Below are positions 1-12,658 of a DNA stretch of 64,000 nucleotides, piece after piece. Each line of letters starts with the position of its first letter. Position 1 is the first letter of the stretch. The stretch is from the NCBI GenBank assembly GCA_013265495.1, contig MU058584.1, positions 2,513,599 to 2,577,598 of the forward strand, written 5' to 3'. The notes under the pieces are model-generated. The model saw nothing but the letters and a program-made list of their open reading frames with translations. It made no database searches and was not told the origin of the DNA. Both the position numbers and the translations under genes were made by a program. The DNA comes from Vicugna vicugna (taxonomy: Eukaryota).

Positions 1-129
1 GTTTCATTGCTGCCTATTTGTTCATTTTTAGGGATTTTTCTTGGTATTATATTCTAAGCATTCTACTGAATATTTTAATTTTAATATCTCAATTAAGATG
101 CTTTTTGCCTAACAGTGAGGGCTCAACTC

Positions 130-660
130 AGAATGGTTTACACAAAAATGTGATAGGTTATCTCCTGCAGCAAAAAGTCCAGAAGTCGGTGCACAGGAGA
201 TAAATAAATTCAGCTGCTTAATGACATAAGGGTTCTGGCAGCTTCATTGGGTCACCCTTGTCATTGGACTTATAGACTTTCATTGGCAAGATAGCTGTAG
301 CCACTCCAAGCATCATGTCCTCACACAACTAGGTCTCAAGAAAAAAAAAAAAAAGGAAACCTCTGTATTGTGTCCTTTGCTATGAACAAAACAACTTTTC
401 CCAGAAACAGTACTACAGACTTTTATTCAACCTTTGTTGAACAGTATTGTATCACATATCCATCTTAAGCCAATTATATGACCGAGAGAACAGAATTACC
501 ACTACTATCTTCATCAAGATCTAGATCACCTGGTGCTGGGGAGGGATGAAGTCTCCCCGGGAACAAACACAAGGCGTCTGGAGAAGGGGGGACACAATCA
601 GGATGCCATCAGAAAAGAGGAAGCCAGGTGAATGGTTATTACACAGGCAACTGAGATGCC
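130..660 (-). mobile_element. MaLR LTR remnant (MLT1-like)
   Basis: Diverged antisense MLT1-type motifs (gcaagatagctgtagccactccaagcatcatgtcc; ttcccagaa; tcacatatccatcttaagccaatt). Boundaries approximate. Confidence 0.6.
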
Positions 661-689
661 ACTTTGGCAGTCAGAATCCTGATGTGAGA

Positions 690-1300
690 CAGCTTTGAAT
701 TCTCCATTCTTCTAATATAACTTCTTGTTTTATGAATGCTAACTATTCTTACTAACTCAGAGGATTCTAATTAGAGTTTCATGTATATTCTCTTAGATAT
801 TCTTATTTATTATGGTTTTTTTAGTGAGATTATTTTATTCTACCTTATCTCCATCTTCTCTTTCATGATGCTGGCAATCCTCAACTGTCTGCTGATCCTT
901 AGTTGTATCTTTATCTTAAATGTGACAACCAAGAGCTGGTTAGGAGCTTGGTGCCTCTAGGCGTGGTGTTCATGGGCCCTGTGCCAGATCTGCTGAATCT
1001 GACTCCCAGGATGATTCAGTTAGAAGTGTGTGACTATATTTTAGGGATAGCCCTAGTGAAAATTCAGAGGTTTTCTCTAAAGGATATTTAATTTCACAAT
1101 TTAGAGAAGAACAGTCTGGAAGTCAGGGAAAATAGAGGAGTTAAGGAATGCCAAGTATTCCATATACATGCTTTCAGTTAATTTCTCTATTTATAAGCCC
1201 ATGTTACCCTCCAATTCACTCTTCCAGCCATGTGTCTGGGGCCCCTGCCCCTACCCTGTGCCGTAGAGGCTCCTGTACTGTCCTTCCTCTGGCCTCCGTC
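690..1300 (-). mobile_element. Old L1 fragment, highly diverged
   Basis: T-rich antisense L1-like composition. Family not resolved; boundaries approximate. Confidence 0.35.
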
Positions 1301-1657
1301 CCTTCCCTCACTGGGCAAGGAGCTTGAAGGACAAAGAGAGGGTATATCCAATGTTCACAGATTCCTTTCTAGACTAAGCTCTTCTCTGAGTGGCTGGACC
1401 CCAGAATTTTCTTCCCAAACAAGCCCCAAGTCCTCTTCCAGGCACTGTGTGGGCGTCTCCCCTAGGCCTTGAACAGGAGCCTAGAGGGACCATCTGTGGG
1501 GGTGTAGACGGAGCTATGGCTTGCCAACTAGGCTGACTACGCAGGTGCACAGGAGGCCCTGAGGGGTGCAGAACAGAGAAGGGAGGGAGTGTGTCCTGTT
1601 GCCATGGCCTCGCAAGTGACAGGAGAGAGCTGGAATCGCCCAGGCATTCTCCAGGCT

Positions 1658-1820
1658 CATGCTTCTCAAACTTGACCATATATAAGGATGACCTGAGCCT
1701 ATTCCTGGCCCCACCCAAGGAGTCAGATTCAGCAGATCTGGCACAGGGCCTCTGAAATCTTAACAAATTCTGGGAGTGATGCTGTTGCTGCTGGTCCACA
1801 GACTAGACTCTAAGGAGCAT
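1658..1820. mobile_element. MER5A-like hAT MITE
   Basis: gcttctcaaactt...cagattcagcagatctgg...tttaacaa-like...tgatgctgttgctgctggtcc matches the MER5A layout. Confidence 0.7.
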
Positions 1821-2189
1821 TGCTCAGTTGAGACCTCTTGCATTTTGCCTCAGCAGTTACCCTTTCTCTGTCTACTCTCTCAGCCTCTCTCTCTCTCAGT
1901 TCCAGTCTCTTCCTCTCCAGGAATTTCTTTAAATCTCTTGTCTGCGATGTTCTCTTCATCACTGTGTTTTATACCTTTGGAAATTTTGTTATGATTTTAA
2001 TGTCTTCTCAAAAGGAAGAAAAAAATAAATGTATGCAATCCATCAGTCATTTTTGGGGTAAAAGTTTTATGAAAGACTTTAAAAAATTGGTATTTAAAGG
2101 GGTGATTTTTTTTTGACTGAAAATTAACTGAAGTGACTGGCCTCTTCCTTCTGATGGTGACAGATAAATGGAGTGTTATGTATTATCAT

Positions 2190-2590
2190 AAAATAATGGT
2201 ATTGAGTCTAAGACTGGCTTTGACCTCTGCTTGACCTAATGCACATGGATATTACTTTACCCTCGCAGCCTCATCTGTAAAATGTCAATATCATAATTAT
2301 ACTCGATTCTTGTCTAATAGGAGTATTTTGAGGTTAAATAAGAAATTATTTACGAGACATTTCCGAGACCTGCATCGCAGTAATTAAGCTCCGTATTTGT
2401 GTAGGTCCTGGCTTTGAGTTGCCTCAGACCCCACACACACATTGTCTAATTCACCGTTTCCCTGGAACACTGGAGAGAAGCACTGTGTAATTGGCAAAGA
2501 ATAAGCTCTGGAGCCAGACAGACCTCAGTCTGGATTTGATCTGAGCCACTAGCTGTGTAACCTTCGGCACATTTTCTCATCTGCAGAAAA
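2190..2590 (+). mobile_element. MIR SINE fragments
   Basis: MIR core cctcatctgtaaaatg; gctctggagccagacagacc...agctgtgtaacctt. Confidence 0.6.
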
Positions 2591-2599
2591 TGGCACCAG

Positions 2600-3200
2600 A
2601 CAAAGGTCTAGCAACTCTATTGAAAAGTGCATGCCAATGGGTTAAAAAAAATAGAACCCTAAAAGATAATAATAAACCAGCAATTCACAAGAAGGCAAAA
2701 TGCTGCTAATGAATTAACACAAAAAATGTTCACCCTCACCATTAGTTTTTTTTTTAAGGTCTGGAAATTAAAATGATACTATTTTTAAACTATACGTTAG
2801 TACATATTTCTTTAAATGACTATATACATTGCTATCCAGTGAAATATTTACTCTCTACGATCCTGTGGCACTTGTACCATGAGATGACCCTTCTGTAAGG
2901 TACTTTAACAGTGGGTATGAAGATCCTTAAAAATACTCGTATTTCTGAACTCAGCAACTGTTCCTTTGTGTACATATATACGAGTATGCATGTGTACAAA
3001 TACATAATATAAAAGAATTTTTCTTCTTTTATGTATGTGTAATTTTCCTTTGTTATATATATCTTTAAATAATACATATTCTGGATGACATATGTATATC
3101 ATAAGTGCCATATAAATGGTATATATCCTATAAAATACTCTATATGAAAAAATATGCTTAAAGATGTGGCTAGACTGTCCATGATTTGCTTTCAAATACC
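2600..3200 (+). mobile_element. Old L1 (L1M) 3' fragment
   Basis: caattcaca...aaaaatgttcaccctcac...aaattaaaatgatactattttt resembles the L1 ORF2 end and 3'UTR. Confidence 0.5.
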
Positions 3201-4039
3201 TCAGTAAGGATATCCTGTTAAGTGCATGTTTCTTTTAACCTGGGCCCTCTGAGTAGATATAGACAATATTTAAAGTTCTCTAAAAAGCATTCCACATTTT
3301 GAGGGTGGAGGAGTAATCAGGAATCTGTACTCCAAAGGGAACAACTATAAACATTTAGAAAGTCTGATACTTACATAAGGGATGTTAGAAACGATTTTTC
3401 GTTCTGCAATGAATAGCTATTGGACAACGGTGGGGATTTCGTGCAACCAGACATTGCGTGTTTGAGTACGTAGGAATTCCTGAAAAGCCATCTCAATGTC
3501 ATTGCCTTCTCTAACCCAGACTCAGAGACCAGGTCCAGCTTCCTGTAAGCCTGAGGTTTATAGAATTGATCCAAGTGAGGGAGTCGAGGGAGTGGATTGG
3601 GACCGCTGACGGTGATTGATGGAGACCTTGGTCCCCGAAGATCTTATTGTCCTTAGGCTATGAGAAGCTAATGACCTTCTCTGTGAGGGGGGACCGGTGG
3701 AGGCTCTCAGCACTGTTGCTGCAAAGCCAGTACACCGGGTAGTGTGGGGGCCCGAGGTCCAGCTAGAGTCTTTCTCCAGGTGCTAAATCATCATTTCCAT
3801 ATCCTGTTCTGAAATACTGCCCTGTTTCCAGCCCCAGAGTGGGAATGGAAGGTGAAACCGAGGCCTGTGGAACTTAGTAGGAACTCAAAGGTGATGTTCA
3901 AGGTGTAGGTGCTCCAGGCGACAGCAGGTCTCCACTCAGAAAGGGCTAAGAACCAGAAGGAAATGTGGGCTGTGGGGAATGGAGACCACCAGTCACTTGA
4001 CACAGGCTCCAAGTACAGAACTTTGAGGATGGTCTTGTG

Positions 4040-4202
4040 AGTCACAGGACCTCCAGTTAATTCTCTTCCTCTTCCTCAGAACACTCCTCCGGGGTTACCC
4101 GAATCTGTGTCTCCTAAATTGCCATCCTTAAGACCCCAAATAAACTCTTTTCTTATTTGCAGCCTCCTGCATTATTATTTTTATGACCTTTTTTGGTTGA
4201 CA
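4040..4202 (+). mobile_element. 3' end of an ERV1-type LTR (MER34/MER39-like)
   Basis: aattgccatccttaagaccccaaataaactc (polyA signal) and terminal ggttgaca. 5' boundary not resolved. Confidence 0.55.
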
Positions 4203-6529
4203 AGACCTAGGTTTGAAATCCCAGGCTCTGCTTGGTATTTGTGCAAACTCGGGCCACTTAGCTGAATTTTCTGAGCCTCATTTTCTTTATCTATAGAACA
4301 GGGGAGACAAAATGCTCAAATCCTTGCTCCTCCTACCTGTCTCCAAGGATCTTGTCCCCACAGGGCCGTATTTGTGAAAGTCCTTTGCAAACTGAATATT
4401 CTGAACATAGGTGAGCTGCCACCAGTATTAGCAAATGTGTCTCCTTTCATTTACAGGAGAAATCACGTCCCTGTGAAGTGGCCCAACCTTTCCCACTGCG
4501 CATGACCAGGACAAGGGAGGAAAGAGCTGCCTGGCTTTGCTCCCCTCCCCCTCCTCACACCTGGGTCTTGTTCTCATTGCAGACGTAGGTCCACAGAGGA
4601 CACAGGTAAAGCCAAGAGGTTTCGGCAGCTGTCCGCTCACCACCTGCCCCAAGTCTGTGACGATGGCCCTCTTCCCGCCCCCTCACCGATTATTTCGCGC
4701 CTTTGCCTTGAGGGAACAGGGGTTTGAGGAGTCATGGTTTTGTTCCTAATTGCACGTAAAGTGTTATAAACCCTGTGGAGCATATAAAATTTTAATCTAT
4801 TTTAGTTCCCATTAATTTGTCACCCCTTTTCACTTATAACTTGTTCTCTTTTCTCTGTTGTGTTCCCTTTTCCCTGATGGATTTGTAAATTCCCCTTTTA
4901 TTCCCTTCCACCCCCGGGCAGGCATGAATTCAACCTCTCATGAGGTTTTCTGCATGTTTCCCCTTCAATCTTCCTGGAGCCCCCGAGCGTCTAGAGGGAG
5001 GAGTCCAAGGGTGAGTCAGGAGTCAGAGCGGCTGTCTGATCTCCAGCTCTCTGGCCTGACAATGTCTCCCTCCAAGACCTTTCCGGGTGGACAAGCTGCT
5101 TGTGACTTAATTTTATGGCCAGCAGAATGGGACTCCAGATGCCTGTCCACTGCGTACTTGACAAGAATGGTGTATAGAGCAGTTAATTAGAGGCTGACCT
5201 AATTCCCCTCCTCTGACTTGCCAAGGATTATGCCCGGTGGCCCCATTCTCTTGTGTAGTGGATATAAATTTGCAACCACTACACTCAGATGCAAGACATG
5301 TCGCATTATTTAACTTTTCTAAATAGAATTAAGTATGACCCTGAACCCTCCCTTGATGGAGTAGCAGGCCTCTCCTCTGAAGGACAATGTGGAGGTGCCA
5401 GGGGTCTTATCCAGTGTTCATGTTCCCATGCACCCTATAGGCCTTGTCCAAACCCTCATGGTCTCCTGAAAGTGGAAAGTCAGATCCTTGCTCCCAGGAT
5501 CCACACGGCTGATCCCATCTGGTGCCCTTCCCCAGCCTTGAGCGCCGGGGAGGTACCCAAAGTAAGACCCCACCCCCATCAACCCTCCATGAGGGTAAAC
5601 TGTTCCCTTCTAACCATCTCGCCACCCACCCCCACCACCATTCCAGTGCCCCAACACAGTATCTCAAAAAAAAAAATTAGAAACAGTTTGGCTACTTTTT
5701 TAGGTACAGAAGGAGTCTTTTGCTAAAGAGACTTCTTTCAGACTCTCTTTTGATAGCTATGTTTTTAAAATATTTCAGTAGCAGATGAACGTTTTGCTGT
5801 CTTATCTGCTTCCAATCTCTCCCCTCTCTCTCCTCCCATCCCCCCTGCCAGCTCAGGACTGATTCGGGAATGGAAGCCTGCTGTAGGAAAATGATTCTGT
5901 CCACCTGCTCCCCACCTGCTTACCTCCCCAAGTCCCCTGCTCCAGGTAAATGTGAGGATGACAAAAACGGGCGCCATCCTGAATGGTTCATCCTGCAGGG
6001 TTGGATCCTTCCTACGTTCAAATCTAAATACTGCATTTGGAGATCGTGCTCCTGCATCCTGGGGGCCTCCCACCTATAATTTTCTTCTAGATCTGGCCAT
6101 ATTCAACCTTCTTCTCAGCCTCTGATCTATCCTTCTGTTGGGGTCACTTTGACCTTTCAGGACAGGAATCCACATCTGGCCTGGGAAGCAGTCACACACT
6201 CGTCGCCACCAAACTCTGGAAGAGCAGACCTCCACCACGACTGCATCGGCCAGCCTCTCTCCTGGAGGTTTTTAATTTGTAACTCATAAGCCAGGCACCT
6301 GTCCCTAGGAACCCTCAAACTCCCAGAAACATCTGTTAAATTCTCCTCGGCAGTTCTCTTGAGATTCCACCCCCTCATCCTCACCACTTGGCTCTCTCAG
6401 ACACCCTGACGCTAAAACTCTACAAATTTCCTCCCCACTTTAATCTCAAGACAGCAGTTGGCATATCCTGCATGAGCAGTGAGTATCCCTCTGTTCCCAG
6501 ATTTGGGACCTCAAAGATAGGAGGGGTCT

Positions 6530-7070
6530 TATTTTAATATCCAGTTATAAATGCATAGGATAATGTCAGGCAGTGACAAGTGTAATAGTAAAAAAATTAA
6601 CTGATATAAGGGGACCAAGTGTGATGGTAAGAACTTTTTGAAGAGATGATATTAGAGCAAAGATGTGGATACTTGAAGGATTACCCAGTGTGTTGGGGGG
6701 GTGGGAGGGGAAGAGCCTTCCAGGAAGAGAGGACAGCTAGGGTACGAGCCTAACATGCTTCAGGAGGCCAGACTGGCTGGTGTAGAAGGATCCAGCAGGT
6801 AGGCCAGCCAGGGGGCAAGACGGTAGCCAGGAATCAGAGCACGCAGGGTCTCGCAGGCATGGTAAAGAGTGTGGATGGATGCTATTCTAATGGACGGCAG
6901 TCTTAGTGGTTTTGGAGCAGAGGAGAGGCACGACCTGATACGTGTTAAAGCATCAGGTGGCCTCTGTGTGGGAAATAGACTGTTGAGCAGCAAGAAGGTC
7001 CAGGCAAGAGCAATGACAGGGACCCCAGTAAGCAGTGGCACATTCAAGATATATTTTAAAAACAGAAGCA
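6530..7070 (-). mobile_element. L2 LINE fragment
   Basis: Antisense L2-like motifs: ttccaggaagagaggacagc, ggttttggagcagaggagaggcacgacctga, gtccaggcaagagcaatga. Confidence 0.6.
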
Positions 7071-8454
7071 TCCAGAGTCCTAATAGAAAGCAACCAGGAT
7101 TCAAAAGGAAGAGATGTTTTTAAAGGACAAATGTGAACCTCCCAGGTAGCTCCAGCTAAGAGTGATCTTACAGTGTCATCAGGGCAAGACATTGTCCTCA
7201 GGGCAAGTGCAGCTCTTCCTCAAAATTTGCAGAGTCCCAAAGGTACTTGACCGCAGAATCTTTCTTAGGGATCATCTCTTAAATGGGGTGGCTTTGCAAG
7301 ATAACATCTGTAGAGCAGTGTTTCCGAAGTATGGTCCAAGGTCCAAAGTATGGTCACTGTCACAGACAAAGAGCCAACTAGACAGACAGCTGAGTTCTAC
7401 TGATTTATATCTGGATCTAAAACCATCAAAGATGAGAAGCAGTTTGATGATGACATCATAAAAAAATTAGGAAGAAAATTAAAAGAAATATCACGTTTAA
7501 GTCGCTCACTTTCTCAACTAACCCAATTCAAGCTTGCTTGTCAATCACTGCTTAGCTCTTAAATTTCCAGGTTACAAGAACATAAGTTCACTTACCCTCA
7601 AGGTGGTGTCTATCCCCAGTTTTCTTATGCTTCCCATGTTGCCTGTACTGTTATGATCTTAACAACGTTTTAGTTGGAAAAGATGTATATTTTTTTTACT
7701 TATGCACAGTTGTGTTAGTTTTTAATATTTACTATAAACTCCCATTGCCTTCTGAAATCTATACACTTCTGTACAAGGATTGCAAAACTGAAATGATCTC
7801 AGGGCTCAGGCAGGTAGCAGATGTATAGAGGGTCCAGGCGTGAGGAACTAGAGAGGGATGTGTGCTCCAGAGGACAGCCAGGCTCATGCTCACAGAAAGT
7901 CATTCCAGTTTAGAAAAGGAAAAGAATTAAACACTGTGCTGACAAAACAAAACACGTTGTTTATAAGACCCCTCCCACTTTGTCTTTTCTGATTACATGG
8001 AACAATATTTTCTCTTACAACCCAAGCCTACTTTTCTCCCGCTCACTAAAAAGCAGATCCTACAATATGCCCTAACCAGCAAAAATAGAAAACGAACAAC
8101 AACAACAACAAAAAACAGACAGACAGAGAAAAACACACACAAGAGAAAACAAACAAACAAAAACCAAGAAGCATTCCTTGGCTTGCTTAGCAAGGGCTGC
8201 TCGCATGTTACTACTGTCCCTTCTGTACTTAAGCTGTACTTCTCTTCCGTGTTGCCATTTCTTTATTTTGCCTTTGCAACTTGATTTTCCACTAAAAAGA
8301 AGATATCCTTAAAGAGGCAACATCTTTTCCTTTTCCTTTTGAGCTCTTTAAAAATCCACACAGCATAAAAATGTCTTCACAATTTTCAAAACTCATAGTT
8401 TCTTTATTTTATATTTGAATAATCCTGAATACTTCTCAAAGTACTTGTGTATAC

Positions 8455-9005
8455 TGTATCAGTTAGGATGTGCAAGGTTATGCTGCAGTAATAAACAATG
8501 CCAAAATGTCAAAAGCCCAACATAACAAGAATTCTTACTTATGCTACATGTCCAACGTGATGCAGCCTGGCTCTACAACGTTGTCGTAGTCACTTAGAGA
8601 CCCAGCCCACCAAGATCAAGATGGCATCTCAATATAAGCTTCTGCCATCACTGCTGCAGTGAGAACGGCATGTGGCAAATCAATGACTGGGGCTTACATT
8701 TTCTACCCGAAAGCGACACATATCACTTCTGCTCACATTTCACTGGCCAAAGCATTTCTTTAGTGTTTGTTTGGGGGGAGAGGGTACTTACATTTATTTA
8801 TTTTTTAATGGAGGTACTAGGAATTGAATGCAGGACCTCTTGAATGCTAGGCATGCAGTCTACCACTGAGCTATGACCTCCCTGCTGGCTAAAACATTTC
8901 ACATGGCAATACTTAACCTCAAAGCAAGCAGTCAGTGCAACCCTTCCACACACCAGAGGTAGGAGAGGTAGAAATATCTGTTGAGCTGTAGAAATGAACT
9001 ACAAC
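8455..9005 (-). mobile_element. MLT1-type MaLR LTR interrupted by a SINE
   Basis: tgtatcagttaggatg...ggttatgctgcagtaataaaca; atcacttctgctcacatttcactggcca; resumes after the SINE and ends at actaca. Confidence 0.7.
8759..8884 (-). mobile_element. tRNA-derived SINE, camelid Vic-1-like
   Basis: ggaggtactaggaattgaatgcaggacctcttgaatgctaggcatgcagtctaccactgagctat is the reverse complement of a tRNA-like A/B-box head with an A-rich tail. 16-bp TSD ctggc(c/t)aaa(g/a)catttc at 8743-8758 and 8885-8900. Confidence 0.8.
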
Positions 9006-10006
9006 ATACATATTATCACATTGGGTACTTTCCACAGCTAGAGCTGGAAATCTGTCTATTTAATGTAAGGAAAGACTAAGGCTCAAAAGAAATTAGTGAC
9101 TCTTCCAATGCAATCTAGCTGGTTACTAAAGAGTAAATGCAAGAGCCTCGTTTTCCCAAATCTTAATTTAATGTCTTTTCATCACAGAGTGCTTTCAGCC
9201 ATTGGCTGTGTTAACTAGACTTTTTTTTTTCCCAACTAAACTAATTTATTTATTTATACACTCCTGGTTTCAAAGAATGTTTGTGACATTATGTGATAGT
9301 TGTGCCATGGCCTTATTTTATTATATACATACAGAGCTTCTGGCTGTGATTATATTGCAGACAACACAGGGTTTATAATCATTTGAATTTTTTTTCATTT
9401 ATTTTAATGACCTATTAAAATAATGATACAGTTGAGTCAATCAAGCAAACTGTTCAAGATTGTTGAAAAGAATGATTCCCTCACAGGGAGAAAGAAAAGG
9501 TCAATTCAGAAGTCGTCTGTGGGTGATGAGGCAGAAGTCTTAAGTACAAAGTGCTATGATTGTACATCCCTGTGCTAAGAGCAGAAGGAGGGATATGAGC
9601 CCCCAAAGCTCCTATGTGCCTTTGAGAATTTTTTAAAATTTATTTATCTTTTATTGAATTTGCACAGCAACACTCCAAATTTCCACCAATACTGTGTTGT
9701 TACAACATGAAAGGGAACCCCTCGGCCAGTAAAATGAGATGATTCACTTACCACGTTCTAAGGCAAAATGAATTCTTCACCTTTGACAAAGATGAAATGC
9801 ACATTAGATGACAATGAAAGATCTGGACGCCAAACACAGGTCATAGCTTGGATGATGTTATAGGAAATTTAGGCAATGTTTTCTCTCATTCTCGCCATTT
9901 TTTTTTTCAGAAATCAGAGTTAATAAATTCCTTAGACAAGTTGGCGTCCCAGTCTTCAGTTAACAGGCACATTTGCATAATAGTAATAAACCCTTTCCCG
10001 GTGTCT

Positions 10007-10015
10007 GTGTGTGTC

Positions 10016-10052
<37 letters not shown>
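10007..10052. repeat. (TG)n microsatellite
   Basis: Direct reading; imperfect 5' part. Confidence 0.95.
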
Positions 10053-10053
<1 letters not shown>

Positions 10054-10872
10054 TGTGCCTGCACGCAGACATGTGCATGAGACATGGCGTGTTAGCTAGT
10101 AGGCATGCTTGTGTCTGCGTTTCTAGGGCCCCTGGGATGAAATTAGGGTGAAAAATTCAGAGGCAGTCTATTTTTCTCAACTTGCCCGAAACCAGTTTCA
10201 CGCTTCTTCATTTTAATAGCAATCAAATGAAGGATGCTGACTCGTTAAGAGGCTGAATGGAGAGGTGTGGATTCCTAGCTGCTGGCTATGCCTGGCTTTG
10301 GGTTAGTATTTCAAAAAGGTGAGAAACCGATTTTGCCTAACGTTTAAGGAATTACATTTTAAGTTCAGACTTGGAAGATCTGTTTACAAGGGCTTTCAAA
10401 ATAGAGGAATATTTCAGGTTGTTGTCATAGCAATGTCAAGGATGTATTTTATCCAAAGTCCTACAGGAGGCAAAAGTATATATATATATACTTTTCATTT
10501 AAATTTTTACTAGAATAGTGAGGATAATGTTAATACCTAACTCATAAGGTTGCCATGTTCTTCCCCATAATAATAGGGCAGCAGCAGCATTGTTGTAATA
10601 GTGTACTAATGGTTTTCACATGTTTTTTTACTTTTAGCAAAGAATTCATTTATTCAAATATTATCTTAAATGGAAGCCCTGTGTGTAAAGCATGTATGTA
10701 AAACAAAATTGCTCTGGTTGAAAAGAAAATAGAAACCCTGAACCCCACAAGTTCTCCCAACTCTAACCTCTCCTCCTTGCCCAGTTTCCATAGAGCATAT
10801 TTGGAAAACCATTGCTTTATACTATCTTTCGTTTGTGTCCGATGTGGGTAAAATTTCCAACACAAGCCCCTC

Positions 10873-10923
10873 CACACACACACACGTACACACATAAACA
10901 CACACACACACACACACATACAC
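10873..10923. repeat. Imperfect (CA)n microsatellite
   Basis: Direct reading. Confidence 0.9.
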
Positions 10924-11078
10924 TCTTAACTTCAGAACAGGTTATTTGGTAAATATACTAAATACAATAATCTCTAACAATAATAATGGCTCTCTTCTAT
11001 GGCATGCTAACCCGTTTGCTCATCACTTTATACATATTACCTCTAATTCTCTTTTCAACTCTGTGTGACTGGTATTAT

Positions 11079-11711
11079 TGATGCAGGAAAAACGTATGTG
11101 GGACGTGAGGAGGGCCGTGTCTCAGGCTTCGGTTGAGCCCCTGGGACGTGCCCTGCCAAGTGTGGGTGGGTCCTTGGCTTCATGCAGGAAAAAATTCAAG
11201 AGCAAGCCACAGCTGAGTAAAGGTAGACTTATTCAGAGAGATACATTGAAAGGCAAGAGAAAGGCCACGAGGTGTGGGGGTTGGGTATACAGATTAGAGT
11301 AAAAGTAGGTACACACTCCATAGACAGAGTGTGGGCCCATCTCCAAACATGGAGGCAGAGAGAGAGGCACCGTGTTGACAGTTTTTATGGGCTCAGTGGT
11401 TTCATGTGCTAATAAGTGGAAGGACCAGTCTAACTAGTCTGGGGAAGGGGCTGGGATTCCCAGGAAGTTGGCCATTTTTCACTCTTTGACCTTATGTGGC
11501 TAGCCTTGGGAATGCCGTGGCGCCTGTGGGCATGTTACTCACCACGCTAACATATTACAATGAGCATATAGTGAAGCTCAAGATCTACTAGAAGTTAAAT
11601 CTCCCACCATCTTGAGCCTCAAGGCCTCCTAGGGGTTGAATCTTTCACCATTTTGATGTTAACTGCTGTAGCATTCCTTGAATGGCTGTGCCCAGCCCCC
11701 TTCCAGTCTCA
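11079..11711 (-). mobile_element. ERV1-class solo LTR
   Basis: TG...CA termini; 4-bp TSD TTAT (11075-11078 and 11712-11715); homologous in reverse orientation to 12029-12658. Confidence 0.9.
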
Positions 11712-12028
11712 TTATTATAAGTGGGGAAAAGACAGACAGAGGTCACACAACTATTAAGTAGAAAAACTAGAAGAATTTGAACCTGAGTTTATCTTTCTTT
11801 AAAGCTTACACTCTTTCCACTTTATCACGTTTCTCAAACTGGATACCCTTGACATTCTGTGAGTTTTCTTTCATAAGTTTTAAATAAGCTTTCACTTTAT
11901 AATAATCCAAAGACTTGAATGGACAGATTTTTCAGGATCAGCTCAATAACCACCTTATCGCTGATCTCTGCCACCAGATTTCAGCGTCATTTGCTTTTGT
12001 TTGCAATTACATTGTTGCCAAGAGGCAC

Positions 12029-12658
12029 TAAGACAGGAAGGAACGGGGCAGGGCACAGCTATTAAAGGAATGACACAGCAGTTAGCACCAAGATGGCTCA
12101 AAAATCAATTCCCAGTAGACCTTGAGGTCCAAGATGGTGGGAGATTTGACTTCCAATAGACCTTGAGCCTCATTATAAGCTCATTGTAATGTAATAGCAT
12201 GGTAAATGGCACTCCCACAGGCACCATGGCAGTTCGAGGCTGACCATAGACGATCAAAAAGGAGGCGGTGGCCTAATTCCTGGGAATCCCCGCCCCTTCC
12301 CCAAAGTAGTTGTAATAACCCTCCCACTTAGTGTAGGAAGCTACTGAGCCGGTAAAAACTAACGACCCCCATACCTGATGGTCACACTCTCTTCTGTCCA
12401 TACAGTGTGTAACTACTGTTACTTTAAACTAAGTACCCAACCCCACACCTCGTGACCTTCCTCTTGCCTTCTGAGAAGGCCTGCACTCTGTCTAAGGAGT
12501 ATGTATCTCTCTGAATAAATCTACTCTTACTCAGCCGTGGCTCACTCTTGAATTCTTTCTGCATGAAGCCAAGGACCCTCACTTGACGGGGCACGTTCCA
12601 GGGGCTCATCCAAGACCTGGGACGTGGCCATCTTCTCGTGCCTCATGTTCTTGTATCA
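12029..12658 (+). mobile_element. ERV1-class solo LTR, same family as 11079-11711
   Basis: TA (likely mutated TG)...CA termini; 4-bp TSD GCAC (12025-12028 and 12659-12662); AATAAA near 12514; ~41-bp U3 tandem beginning caagatgg. Confidence 0.9.

Noticed and set aside
8795..8884. tRNA gene
   Set aside because: The tRNA-like head has an A-rich tail and a TSD, so it is a SINE; the same applies near 50125-50205.
11079..12658. Single provirus or DNA transposon with long terminal inverted repeats
   Set aside because: Each LTR has its own different 4-bp TSD and there is no internal coding region.
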